A program made the position numbers and the translations under genes. From Alphaproteobacteria bacterium (GTDB lineage Bacteria; Pseudomonadota; Alphaproteobacteria; JAAXGF01), in contig CAUVXB020000002.1 of assembly GCA_963555825.3 (NCBI GenBank), positions 2,176,001 to 2,240,000 of the forward strand: DNA of 64,000 nt, written 5' to 3'. The notes under the pieces are model-generated. The model was not told where the DNA came from. It saw only the letters and a program-made list of their open reading frames with translations, and ran no database searches. Of this stretch, positions 40,916 to 50,347 are shown piece after piece; position 1 is the stretch's first letter, and each line of letters opens with the position of its first letter.

Positions 40916-40972
40916 CGTGTCTGATTCCGCTTAAGCTGTTGTTATTTAATAAAAATAAAGGAGTCTGACCCC
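40916..40972 (-). repeat. Doublet of GGGGTCAGACACC-family motifs in reverse orientation
   Basis: CGTGTCTGATTCC (40916-40928) and GGAGTCTGACCCC (40960-40972) with an AT-rich spacer. Confidence 0.7.
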
Positions 40973-41027
40973 GTTTAATAGTCGGTCAGCAGGGTATCTG
41001 GCGCCGGGGCTGACGCGGCGCGGCCCG

Positions 41028-42392
41028 CTAAAGCCCCAGTTGGTCGGCGGTGGCGTCGAGCGCGTCGCGCGCCACGCCGACCAGCGCATCGATCTCGGCG
41101 CGGCTGATGATCAGCGGCGGCGACAGCACCATGATGTCGCGGATCGCGCGCATGATCAGCCCCTTCTCCAGCGCGATGTCGCGGCAGATTCCGCCGACGC
41201 GGCGCTTCTCGTCGAACGAGCGGCGCGCGCCCTTGTCGGCGACCAGCTCGATGCCGGCAACCATGCCGCCGCCGCGCACCTCGCCGACCAGCGGGTGATC
41301 GGCCAGCTCGCGCAGCCGCGCCTGCAGATAGGGTCCGGTATCTGAACCGACGCGCGCGACGATGCCCTCGTCGCGCAGGATGCGGATGTTCTCGGCGGCC
41401 ACCGCGCAGGCCACCGGGTGGCCCGAATAGGTGAAGCCGTGCGAGAACTCGCCGCCCTTCTCGATCAATGTCTCGGCGACCCGGTCATGGACCATGACGC
41501 CCGAGATCGGCAGGTAGCCCGACGACAGGCCCTTGGCCATGGTCATGAAATCGGGCTCGATGCCGAAGCTGTCCGAGCCGAACCATTCGCCGGTGCGGCC
41601 GAAGCCGCAGATCACCTCGTCGGCGATCAGCAGCACGTCGTGTTCGCGGCAGATGCGCTGGATCTCGGGCCAATAGGTCCGGGGCGGCACGATGACGCCG
41701 CCCGCGCCCATGATCGGCTCGCCGATGAAGGCGCCGATGGTGTCGGCGCCCCGATCCAGGATCAGGCGCTCCAGCGAGCGCGCCGCGTGGACGCCGAATT
41801 CGTCCGGGCTCGCCTCGCCGCCCTCTTGGTACCAGTACGGCGCATCGATGTGGGCGAAGCCGTCGAGCGGCAGGTCGAACGGGTTCTGCATCGCCGACAT
41901 TCCCGACAGGCTCGCCGCCGCCATGGTGACGCCGTGGTAGGCGTGCTGGCGGCTGACGATGGTCTTCTTCTTCGGCTTGCCGCACAGGTTCCAATAGAAG
42001 CGCACCATCTTGGCGATGGTGTCGTTCGCCTCCGAGCCCGAGTTGGCGAAGAAGACGTGGTTGAAGCCGTCGGGGGTGACCTCGCCGAGCAACGCGCCGA
42101 GCTCGATCGCCGGCGGCGTCGAGGTGTTGAAGAAGGTGTTGTAGTAGGGCAGTTCGTCGAGCTGCGCCGCGGCGACGTCGCGCAGTTCCGTCCGGCCATA
42201 GCCGATGTTGACGCACCACAGCCCGGCCATGCCGTCGATCAGGCGGTTGTCCTCGGAATCCCAGAGATAGATGCCGTCGGCGCGGGTGATGACCCGAACG
42301 CCCGCGGCGTTGAGTTCCTTGGTGTCTGTGAACGGATGCAGATGGTGGCGGCGGTCGAGTTCCTGCCAGACGGCGGTGGAGTTCTTGGGCAT
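41028..42392 (-). CDS. Class III aminotransferase (putrescine-pyruvate, SpuC-like)
   Basis: HPFTD, DGMAGLWCVNIGYGR, DEVICGFGRTG, AKGLSSGY, HGFTYSGHP. Confidence 0.9.
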   Translation of the reverse strand: MPKNSTAVWQELDRRHHLHPFTDTKELNAAGVRVITRADGIYLWDSEDNRLIDGMAGLWCVNIGYGRTELRDVAAAQLDELPYYNTFFNTSTPPAIELGALLGEVTPDGFNHVFFANSGSEANDTIAKMVRFYWNLCGKPKKKTIVSRQHAYHGVTMAAASLSGMSAMQNPFDLPLDGFAHIDAPYWYQEGGEASPDEFGVHAARSLERLILDRGADTIGAFIGEPIMGAGGVIVPPRTYWPEIQRICREHDVLLIADEVICGFGRTGEWFGSDSFGIEPDFMTMAKGLSSGYLPISGVMVHDRVAETLIEKGGEFSHGFTYSGHPVACAVAAENIRILRDEGIVARVGSDTGPYLQARLRELADHPLVGEVRGGGMVAGIELVADKGARRSFDEKRRVGGICRDIALEKGLIMRAIRDIMVLSPPLIISRAEIDALVGVARDALDATADQLGL

Positions 42393-42471
42393 GATGGTTC
42401 CTCGATTTCAAGACGACGCTTCACGAGTGGTTGGCGCGGGCCCCGTTGGGTCGCGCTGGAAGCGGTCGTGT

Positions 42472-42633
42472 CTAAGGCGTGAAATCGACGCGCGCGCAGA
42501 GGATCAGGACATCGTGGCGGCGCGACAGCGCCGTGCAGCGAAGGTGCGTCACGCGGGACATGCCGCTGTTTAGCACGGCGCCGGCCGCGTTGTCATGCCG
42601 CGCGCCACGCGGCGGTCGAGTCTCGGATTGAGA
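42472..42633. repeat. About 162-bp direct repeat, copy 1
   Basis: Near-identical to 43030-43191 (one substitution seen). Confidence 0.9.
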
Positions 42634-42652
42634 CGGCGCGCCGCCGCTGCTC

Positions 42653-43030
42653 GCGGGCTTCAAGGTCCTGCCCCGGCGTTGGGTGGTGGAGCGCACCTTT
42701 GCCTGGCTGAGATGGGCCTTCCCCTGGCTGCGCCACGTCTTCGCCGATGGCGCCTACGCCGGACCGAAACTCGGCAAGGCGCTGGAAAAGATCGGCCAGT
42801 GGACGCTGGAGATCGTCAAGCGAAGCGACGACGTGACGGGCTTCAAGGTCCTGCCCCGGCGTTGGGTGGTGGAGCGCACCTTTGCCTGGCTCGGTCGACC
42901 GCCGTCTCGCCAAAGACTTCGAGGCCACCATCGCCAGCGCCGAGGCCTGGCTCATGATCGCAAGCATCCAACTCCTCACACGAAGGATCGCAAGGCTTTG
43001 AAATCAAACAATTCATTCCCGGCCGGGCTC
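42653..43030 (+). pseudogene. IS5 family (IS1031-like) transposase 3' fragments and right end
   Basis: GFKVLPRRWVVERTFAWL encoded twice, FADGAYAG, frameshifted tail, end CCGGGCTC-TAA. Confidence 0.8.
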
Positions 43031-43191
43031 TAAGGCGTGAAATCGACGCGCGCGCAGAGGATCAGGACATCGTGGCGGCGCGACAGCGCCGTGCAGCGAA
43101 GGTGCGTCGCGCGGGACATGCCGCTGTTTAGCACGGCGCCGGCCGCGTTGTCATGCCGCGCGCCACGCGGCGGTCGAGTCTCGGATTGAGA
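43030..43191. repeat. About 162-bp direct repeat, copy 2
   Basis: Near-identical to 42472-42633. Confidence 0.9.
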
Positions 43192-43287
43192 TGAGATGTG
43201 GTTCGATAGCTCGACGCCGACTCATATGTCGGTTCTCCGACCCAAAGCGGCCATCACTCTGGTGCGGCCGTTATGTCCGAGATTAGC

Positions 43288-44515
43288 TGCCGCCTCAACC
43301 GGTCGATGCAACACAAGCGTTGAATCTCTCTGCCGGTGTTTCAAACCCCAAGGTTTTGCGTGGCCGTTCGTTGAGCTGACGCGCCACTTTGTTCAGATGA
43401 GCCTGCGAGTATACCGACACGTCGGTGCCTTTGGGGAAGTACTGTCTGAGCAGGCCATTAGTGTTCTCATTGGAACCCCGTTGCCACGGGCTTTGCGGAT
43501 CACAGAAGTAGACATCGATGTCGGTCGCCAAGCTGAACCGGCGATGGTCCGCGAGTTCCTTGCCCCGGTCCCAGGTCAGGGACTTGTAGAGCTCGGTCGG
43601 CAGCTTCCTCGCCTGCCTGATGAGCGCGGATACCACTGTCAGGGTTTCCTTGTTGGCAACCTTTACCAACATCACGTAACGCGTTTGACGTTCGACCAGG
43701 GTCGCGATGTAGCTGTTCTTCGATCCCGACAACAGATCACCTTCCCAGTGACCCGGCACCGCCCGATCTTCGACCGAGGCCGGGCGCTCACGGATCGACA
43801 CCATGTCCGTGATTTGACCCCGGCCAACGCCTTTCCGGCGCGCCTCTTTCGAGCGTCGGATCGTGCGCTTCGATCGAAGATGCTGAAGCAGCTCCTTCTT
43901 AAGCACACCGCGGGCTTGAACAAACAAACTGCGATAGATCGTCTCGTGAGACACCTGATAAGACCCAGCTCCTGGATGCGCTCGCTTGAGCCATCCGGCG
44001 ATCTGCTCCGGTGACCAGTTCAACCCGAGCTTCATCGCCACCACCCGCCGCATCCCCGAACTCAGTGCCAGCTTACATCGCTTCGGGCGTCGCGCTCGAG
44101 CCCAGGCCATGTCATCGGCAAGCGCGGCACGATACTGATCATAACCGCCATTGCGGCGAACTTCCCGGCTCACCGTCGAGGGCGACCGGCTCAGCAACAA
44201 CGCCATCGATCGGATCGAGTGCCGGGCCACGATCCCCCGTGAGATCTCCTCGCGTTCCCATAGGCTCAACGCCAGCCGCGAGCGCCGTCGTGGCGAAGGC
44301 CGGATCCCGCCGTGCGGCGATAGTTGGAAATAAATCGACGACGACGGCTTACCAAACACCCGACCAATCGCCTTCAACGACTCCCCGCGTTGCCAGCGGT
44401 CCCAAAGCTCCGTCTTCTCTGCCGAACTGAACCCTCGACCATTTCTTCGCGTCATCTGCATACACTCCATCTCTTCGTTCAAGATAAAGTGTTGCGTCGA
44501 CCCATTGAGACCGCC
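43288..44515 (-). mobile_element. IS30 family insertion sequence
   Basis: Imperfect 26-bp IRs GCCGCCTCAACCGGTCGATGCAACAC / reverse complement GCGGTCTCAATGGGTCGACGCAACAC (21/26 by eye). Confidence 0.88.
43295..44461 (-). CDS. IS30 family transposase
   Basis: WSPEQIAG, SHETIY, GHWEGDL, TWDRGKE, WQRGSNENTNGLLRQYFPKG. Confidence 0.93.
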   Translation of the reverse strand: MQMTRRNGRGFSSAEKTELWDRWQRGESLKAIGRVFGKPSSSIYFQLSPHGGIRPSPRRRSRLALSLWEREEISRGIVARHSIRSMALLLSRSPSTVSREVRRNGGYDQYRAALADDMAWARARRPKRCKLALSSGMRRVVAMKLGLNWSPEQIAGWLKRAHPGAGSYQVSHETIYRSLFVQARGVLKKELLQHLRSKRTIRRSKEARRKGVGRGQITDMVSIRERPASVEDRAVPGHWEGDLLSGSKNSYIATLVERQTRYVMLVKVANKETLTVVSALIRQARKLPTELYKSLTWDRGKELADHRRFSLATDIDVYFCDPQSPWQRGSNENTNGLLRQYFPKGTDVSVYSQAHLNKVARQLNERPRKTLGFETPAERFNACVASTG

Positions 44516-44600
44516 CCCATTTTCGGACATTCCTGTCGTCTGGCATTTGTTTTTCAAACGAGTAATATTTCCTACGAATGAGAAAAATTGGAGAGTGGTT

Positions 44601-45503
44601 ATGACAGTCGAATTTGTTCGTACTCCAGATGAACGATTTTTCGATCTACCTGGGTTTAATTATCAGCCGAATTATTTGGAAGACTTACCTGGGTACGATG
44701 GCTTACGGACGCATTATATCGACGAAGGACCAAAAGATGCGAGGCACGTATTTCTCTGCCTACATGGCGAACCCGCTTGGGCCTATCTTTTTCGCAAAAT
44801 GATCCCTGTGTTTCTAAACGCTGGCCATAGGGTGATTGCACCAGACTTTTTTGGTTTCGGAAGATCGGATAAGCCGGTCGATGATGATGTTTATACTTTC
44901 CATTTTCATCGCAACTATCTAATCGCTTTGATCGAACGGCTTGAAATTTCGAATATTACTCTCGTCTGCCAGGATTGGGGTGGGTTGTTGGGATTAACCT
45001 TGCCCATGGACATGCCGGATCGGTTCAAACGCATGATCATCATGAACACGGCTCTTGCAGTTGGTGAGAGCCCAAGCGACGGCTTTATGCAATGGAGAGC
45101 TTTTGCCGCTGCTAATCCGGATATGGATGTGGCCACTTTAATGCAACGCGGCAGCTCGATTCTAAGCGACGCGGAGGCAGCCGCCTATGGGGCTCCGTTC
45201 CCTGATATTAAGTACAAGGCCGGGGTTCGTCGATTTCCGGACATGGTGATGATCTCGCCAGAGATGGAAGGAGTAGACACCTCGAAACGGGCGGTCGAAT
45301 TCTTGCGCAACGATTGGTCTGGGCAATGCTTCATGGCCTGCGGGGCTAGAGATCCGGTTCTCGGACCGCCCGTCATGCAGGTTATGAAGGAGATTGTTCG
45401 CGATTCCTCGGAAATCATGATGATCGAGGACGCAGGACATTTTGTTCAGGAGTGGGGAGAATCTGTTGCGGAGGCCGCGCTTAGGTACTTTGGCGATGTT
45501 TAG
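44601..45503 (+). CDS. Haloalkane dehalogenase (DhlA/HLD-I-like)
   Basis: RTPDERF, LHGEPAW, QDWGG nucleophile elbow, DPVLG, AGHFVQE; visibly AT-richer than the backbone. Confidence 0.88.
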   Translation: MTVEFVRTPDERFFDLPGFNYQPNYLEDLPGYDGLRTHYIDEGPKDARHVFLCLHGEPAWAYLFRKMIPVFLNAGHRVIAPDFFGFGRSDKPVDDDVYTFHFHRNYLIALIERLEISNITLVCQDWGGLLGLTLPMDMPDRFKRMIIMNTALAVGESPSDGFMQWRAFAAANPDMDVATLMQRGSSILSDAEAAAYGAPFPDIKYKAGVRRFPDMVMISPEMEGVDTSKRAVEFLRNDWSGQCFMACGARDPVLGPPVMQVMKEIVRDSSEIMMIEDAGHFVQEWGESVAEAALRYFGDV

Positions 45504-45515
45504 AACCGCGCCAAT

Positions 45516-45586
45516 GTCCGTTGTGGGTCAGATGCGGCTGTACCGATGACCGGGCGTCAAGGTCCGCCGTCTGGGGAAATGCAGAC
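45516..45586. repeat. 24-bp + 25-bp palindrome pair (22-bp spacer) closing island 2
   Basis: GTCCGTTGTGGGTCAGATGCGGCT (45516-45539) and GTCCGCCGTCTGGGGAAATGCAGAC (45562-45586). Confidence 0.7.
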
Positions 45587-45661
45587 ATGATCCGCTGAAA
45601 AACCGACGTTCCGCGCGTTGCTTCGGCAGACCGTAAAACCGGGACACGGCCCTCGCGCCCC

Positions 45662-46999
45662 TCAAACGTTCAAGAGCAGGTGTTCGCGCTCCCAGGACGA
45701 GACGACGCGGCGGTAGGCGTCGTGTTCGGCCCGCTTGACCGCGAGCAACACCGCGGCGAAATCCTGGCCGAGCGTCTCGCGCAGCGGCTTCGAGGCGCGG
45801 AACTTGTCGAGCGCCTCGGGCAGGTCGCGCGGCAGTGACGCGGCGCGCTGGTAGCCCGAGCCCTCGATCGGCTTGGTTGGCGTTAGCTTGCCGGTCATGC
45901 CGAGATAGCCGCAGGCGAGCGACGCGGCGATCGCCAGATAGGGGTTGGTGTCGGCGCTGGCGACGCGGTTTTCGATGCGCCGCCCCTCGGGCCCCGAGGT
46001 CGGCACGCGCAAGCCGACGGTGCGGTTCTCGCGCGCCCAATGGACGTTGATCGGCGCGTCCGAGAAGCGGCGTAGCCGGCGGTAGGAGTTGACGTTGGGC
46101 GCAAAGAGCGGCATCGCGGCCGGCAGGAACTTCTGCAGACCGGCGATATGGGCGAGGAACAGCGCCGTGTCGTCGCCGTTCTTCTTGGCGAACAGGTTGC
46201 GCCCGGTTTTGGCGTCGACGACGCTTTGGTGCTGGTGCATCGACGAGCCCGGCTCGTCGTCCATCGGCTTGGCCATGAAAGTGGCGTACAGCTTGTGGCG
46301 CAGCGCCGCCTGGCGCACCGTGCGCTTGAACAGCATGGTGTCGTCGGCAGCGCGCAGCGCATCGCCATGCGCGAAGTTGATCTCCATCTGCGCTAGGCCG
46401 CCCTCGTGGATCAGCGTGTCGATGCCGATCTCGGAGGCCTCGCAATAGTCGTAGATGTCCTCGAACAGCGGATCGAACTCGTTGACCGCGTCGATGCCGT
46501 AGGCCTGGCGGCCGGTCTCGGGCCGCCCCGAGGCGCCGATCGGCGGCTCCAGCGGATAGTCCGGATCGGTGTTGACGGCGACCAGGTAGAATTCCATCTC
46601 GGGCGCCACGACGGGCCGCCAGCCGCGCTCGGCATAGAGCGCGAGGACGCGCCGCAGCACCTGGCGCGGCGCCATGCCGACCGGGCGGCCGTCGGCGTAG
46701 GCGCAGTCATTGATGACCTGCGCCGTCGGCTCGTCGTACCACGGCACCATGCGCAGGCTGGTCGGGTCGGGCGTCAGGTAAATGTCGGGCGCCGTCGGGT
46801 CGGTCGGATCGTCGTCGTCGGGCAGCCACGCGCCGTTGACGGTCTGGCTGAAGACGTTCTCGGGCAGGCGCAGCGAGCGGTCGCGCTGGCTCTTGATGAA
46901 GCGCTCGGTGGGCAGGATCTTGCCGCGCGGGATGCCGGTCAGGTCGGCGACCAGGCATTCGACCTCGGTGACGCCGCGCTCTTTAAGCCACGCGTCCAC
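45662..46999 (-). CDS. Glutamine synthetase family (glutamylpolyamine synthetase, SpuB/PuuA-like)
   Basis: GIPRGK, VAPEMEFYL, FMAKPM, PGSSMH, NVNSYRR, RIENR. Confidence 0.92.
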   Translation of the reverse strand: MDAWLKERGVTEVECLVADLTGIPRGKILPTERFIKSQRDRSLRLPENVFSQTVNGAWLPDDDDPTDPTAPDIYLTPDPTSLRMVPWYDEPTAQVINDCAYADGRPVGMAPRQVLRRVLALYAERGWRPVVAPEMEFYLVAVNTDPDYPLEPPIGASGRPETGRQAYGIDAVNEFDPLFEDIYDYCEASEIGIDTLIHEGGLAQMEINFAHGDALRAADDTMLFKRTVRQAALRHKLYATFMAKPMDDEPGSSMHQHQSVVDAKTGRNLFAKKNGDDTALFLAHIAGLQKFLPAAMPLFAPNVNSYRRLRRFSDAPINVHWARENRTVGLRVPTSGPEGRRIENRVASADTNPYLAIAASLACGYLGMTGKLTPTKPIEGSGYQRAASLPRDLPEALDKFRASKPLRETLGQDFAAVLLAVKRAEHDAYRRVVSSWEREHLLLNV

Positions 47000-47801
47000 G
47001 GGCCACCTCGGCGTGGCGCGCGGCGGCGCGGGCGCGGGCGGCGTCGCCGAAGGCGCCGAACAGGGCGCGCGACAGGGCGTCGTCCATGACGCGCCATTCC
47101 GGGTGCCACTGGACGCCGAGCGCGAAGCCCGGCGCGCCGTCGACCCGGACCGCCTCGATCAGGCCGTCGGGCGCGGTCGCCTCGACCGCCAGTCGATCGC
47201 CCGGACGGTCGATCGCCTGGTTGTGCAGCGAGTTGACCATGGCCTCGGTGGCGCCGGCGAGCCGCGCGATGACACCGCCCGGCGCGAGGCGAACCATATG
47301 CACCGGCGCATACTGCTGCGCGCGCGGTAGGGTCGTGTCCTCGCAATGGTTCATCAGGCCGGGCACCTCGTGAACGCGCTGATGCAGCGTTCCGCCGAAG
47401 GCGACGTTGAGCTCCTGAATGCCGCGGCAGACCGCGAACAGCGGCAGGCCGGCGTCGACCGCGGCGCGGATCAGTGGCAGCGTGGTGACGTCGCGCCGAG
47501 GGTCGTGCAGGGTGCCGGGCACGCTGGCCTCGCCGTCGTAGCGGTGCGGCTCGACGTTCGACGGGCTGCCCGGCAGGAACAGGCCGTCAAGCCGCGCGAT
47601 CAGGTCGTCGAGGTCGACGTGTCCGGTCAGATCGGCGAGGTCGCCACCGCCGCCCAGCGTGGGCAGCACAATGGGCAGCGCGCCCGAAGCATGGGCGACC
47701 GCGTTGATGTATTTCTCGCCGACCGCGTGAAACGGGTGGATGCCGATCTCACGCACGTCGCTGGCGATGCCGATCAGGGGCAGGGATGGCGGGCTCGTCA
47801 T
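46983..47801 (-). CDS. Gamma-glutamyl-gamma-aminobutyrate hydrolase (SpuA/PuuD-like)
   Basis: GSPSNVEP, CRGIQELNV, NSLHNQ, GVQWHPE. Confidence 0.92.
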   Translation of the reverse strand: MTSPPSLPLIGIASDVREIGIHPFHAVGEKYINAVAHASGALPIVLPTLGGGGDLADLTGHVDLDDLIARLDGLFLPGSPSNVEPHRYDGEASVPGTLHDPRRDVTTLPLIRAAVDAGLPLFAVCRGIQELNVAFGGTLHQRVHEVPGLMNHCEDTTLPRAQQYAPVHMVRLAPGGVIARLAGATEAMVNSLHNQAIDRPGDRLAVEATAPDGLIEAVRVDGAPGFALGVQWHPEWRVMDDALSRALFGAFGDAARARAAARHAEVARGRVA

Positions 47802-47929
47802 GGCCCCTGGCTACCACGGCGCCCGAACCAGAGCAACATTGCATCGCTTACGGGAATGGCGGAAACTCACGGCACGCGCGGCGGTTCGGCCGCGCGCGAC
47901 AAACGAGAACGGCATTGACGGTTTCACCC

Positions 47930-48769
47930 ATGACCGACGCGCTGCTGGCCAACGAACCGACGATCCGACTGAGCGTCTTCCTTGGCATCTTCGCCGTCAT
48001 GGCGCTATGGGAGGTCGCAGCACCCCGGCGGGCGCGCGGCTTCACGCGCCTGCGGCGCTGGCCAAACAACATCGGCATCGTCGTCGTCAACACGGTTGTA
48101 CTGCGTCTTGTCTTCCCGGTCGCGGCGGTCGGCATGGCGGTCTTCGCCGAGGCCGGTGGCTGGGGGTTGTTGAACAGCCATGCGCCGCCCGCCTGGCTCG
48201 CCGTCGTGATCGCCGTCGTCCTCTTGGATCTGGCGATCTATCTGCAACATGTCATGGTCCACGCGGTGCCGGCGTTCTGGCGGCTGCACCGGATGCATCA
48301 CGCCGATCTCGACTTCGACGTCACCACGGGGGCGCGCTTCCACCCGATCGAGATCCTGCTGTCGATGATGATCAAGCTGTTGGTCGTCGCCGCGCTCGGC
48401 GCGCCGCCGGTCGCCGTGCTGATCTTCGAGGTCATGCTCAACGCCTCGTCGATGTTCAACCACGGCAACGTGCGCATGCCCGAAGGCGTCGACCGCGTGC
48501 TCCGCTGGTTCGTCGTCACGCCCGACATGCACCGCGTCCATCATTCAGTGGTGCGCCGCGAGACCAACTCGAACTTCGGCTTCAGCCTGCCCTGGTGGGA
48601 CCGCCTGTTCGGCACCTACCGGGCCCAGCCGGCGGCCGGCCACGAGGCCATGACGATCGGCATCGAACAGTTCCGCGAGCCCGGCGACATGAGGCTCGAC
48701 CGGATGCTCATCCAGCCCTTCAAGGGCGACGCCGGCGCCTACCCGATCAACCGCGCGGACGGTGAGTGA
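47930..48769 (+). CDS. Sterol desaturase / fatty acid hydroxylase family protein
   Basis: His boxes HVMVH, HRMHH, HRVHH; NSNFG, WDRLFGT. Confidence 0.9.
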   Translation: MTDALLANEPTIRLSVFLGIFAVMALWEVAAPRRARGFTRLRRWPNNIGIVVVNTVVLRLVFPVAAVGMAVFAEAGGWGLLNSHAPPAWLAVVIAVVLLDLAIYLQHVMVHAVPAFWRLHRMHHADLDFDVTTGARFHPIEILLSMMIKLLVVAALGAPPVAVLIFEVMLNASSMFNHGNVRMPEGVDRVLRWFVVTPDMHRVHHSVVRRETNSNFGFSLPWWDRLFGTYRAQPAAGHEAMTIGIEQFREPGDMRLDRMLIQPFKGDAGAYPINRADGE

Positions 48770-48938
48770 CGGAGCCTGATCGTCCCGGGGTGCAGGCTCA
48801 CGAAAGTCCGGTTTCGGCCGCCGCAGCCAATGCCCGTTTCCGGCATCCTCGCCTTGCGTATGCGGTCGTTGGCGGCGGCGCGACGCGTGACCTTGAACGT
48901 CAAATGAACCCGGACGGCAAATTTGCTACGGTGCAGGC

Positions 48939-49298
48939 ATGACCATCGAGTGCATCAGCGCCATTACACTGGCGACCCATGACATGTCGCGCGCGGTACG
49001 GTTCTACCGGACACTCGGATTCGAGATGATCCACGGCGGTGAGGACGCGTCGTTCACCAGCTTCCGGGCCGGCACGGGCTACCTCAACCTCATTGCCCAG
49101 CCGGCGGGCCGCCAATGGTCATGGTGGGGACGGGTGATCTTTTACGTCTCCGACGTCGACGCGCTGTACCGGCACGCCGTGGCCTGCGCGCTCGACCCGG
49201 ACACCACGCCCGCCGACGCCGAATGGGGCGAGCGTTACTTCCACCTGACCGATCCAGACGGCCATGAGATTAGCTTCGCCAGGCCCTTGAGCACCTGA
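48939..49298 (+). CDS. VOC/glyoxalase family protein
   Basis: AVRFYRTLGF, WGERYFHLTDPDGHEISF. Confidence 0.88.
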   Translation: MTIECISAITLATHDMSRAVRFYRTLGFEMIHGGEDASFTSFRAGTGYLNLIAQPAGRQWSWWGRVIFYVSDVDALYRHAVACALDPDTTPADAEWGERYFHLTDPDGHEISFARPLST

Positions 49299-49352
49299 AT
49301 CAAAATACCGGGAACGGTCCAAGCCTGGGGTCCGGTCTCAATCGAGCCACCA

Positions 49353-49802
49353 TTACGGCGATTCCGCATACGTCATCGTCAGGGTGCCGATGAAGGGGCC
49401 CGAAAAACCACTGGTGAAGGTCTCACCCACATCGTGAAATTGACCGTCCCGTATCGGGCCTTCGAACCGAATATCGCGATCGTCCCAAATAATACATCGA
49501 ACGAGCATCGTGATTTTCGCGTAATCGCCGATGATTTTGCCGCTGATACGAGCTCGAAACGAGGGTCCCATCTGCACCCATTGGCTTTTGATTTTCCCGT
49601 CGATCACCTCGGTCGCAAATGTTTCCTCTCTGATTCTGACGAGCGCCTCGCCTTGCCCGGTACCGGTGAATCGGAACACGGTTTGGTAGATACCGTTTTC
49701 GAAGTCGGCGGCCTCCGCCTGGCAGCCGTAGACCGCCATAAGCCCAAGCACGGCCAACGCCAAAATCCGCGGTTTCGACGATGAAGTCCGGTTCGTCATC
49801 AT
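49353..49802 (-). CDS. Hypothetical exported/lipoprotein
   Basis: Basic N-terminus, hydrophobic stretch, AVYGC; no recognised family. Confidence 0.55.
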   Translation of the reverse strand: MMTNRTSSSKPRILALAVLGLMAVYGCQAEAADFENGIYQTVFRFTGTGQGEALVRIREETFATEVIDGKIKSQWVQMGPSFRARISGKIIGDYAKITMLVRCIIWDDRDIRFEGPIRDGQFHDVGETFTSGFSGPFIGTLTMTYAESP

Positions 49803-49998
49803 GTTGCGCGCCCATCCCTCGCTCGGCGGCACTCGACCAGCGCTGCCTCGTTTTTTTACTTATCCCATTCGTATTGGCCGAGATTCCCCAGATAGCACCT
49901 CAGCGTAGCCGTAGACGGTAACACATCCGCCGGCGGCCTCACCACCGGTGGCGTGGTATCCAAATCCTCAACGATTTGCGTCGCCGTGCCCTGGTTGT

Positions 49999-50151
49999 CG
50001 GCCACGACGCCATGACGATCGGCATCGAGCAGTTCCGAGCGCCCGGCGACATGAGGCTCGACCGCATGCTCATCCAGCCCTTCAAGGGCGACGCCGGCAC
50101 TTACCCGATCGACCGCGCCGACGGTGAGAGACGGCGCCTAATCGCCGCGGG
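49999..50151 (+). repeat. Diverged duplicate of the desaturase 3' end (48637-48790)
   Basis: Encodes HDAMTIGIEQFRAPGDMRLDRMLIQPFKGDAGTYPIDRADGE. Confidence 0.88.
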
Positions 50152-50347
50152 ACGCGGGCCCGCGAGAATTCTGTTTCGATCGGTGCCACCAATGACCAAT
50201 ACCCGCCGGAAAGCGGCCGCGTGCGCCGAATGCCCGGGAATGGCCCATAGCGGATTTCTACGAACCCGCAGCTAGGAACCGTGTTGTCGTTGGCGTGCGA
50301 GCAATGTAACCCTAGACTCCGGATTTTAGCCGGGAGGGCGTCGTCAC

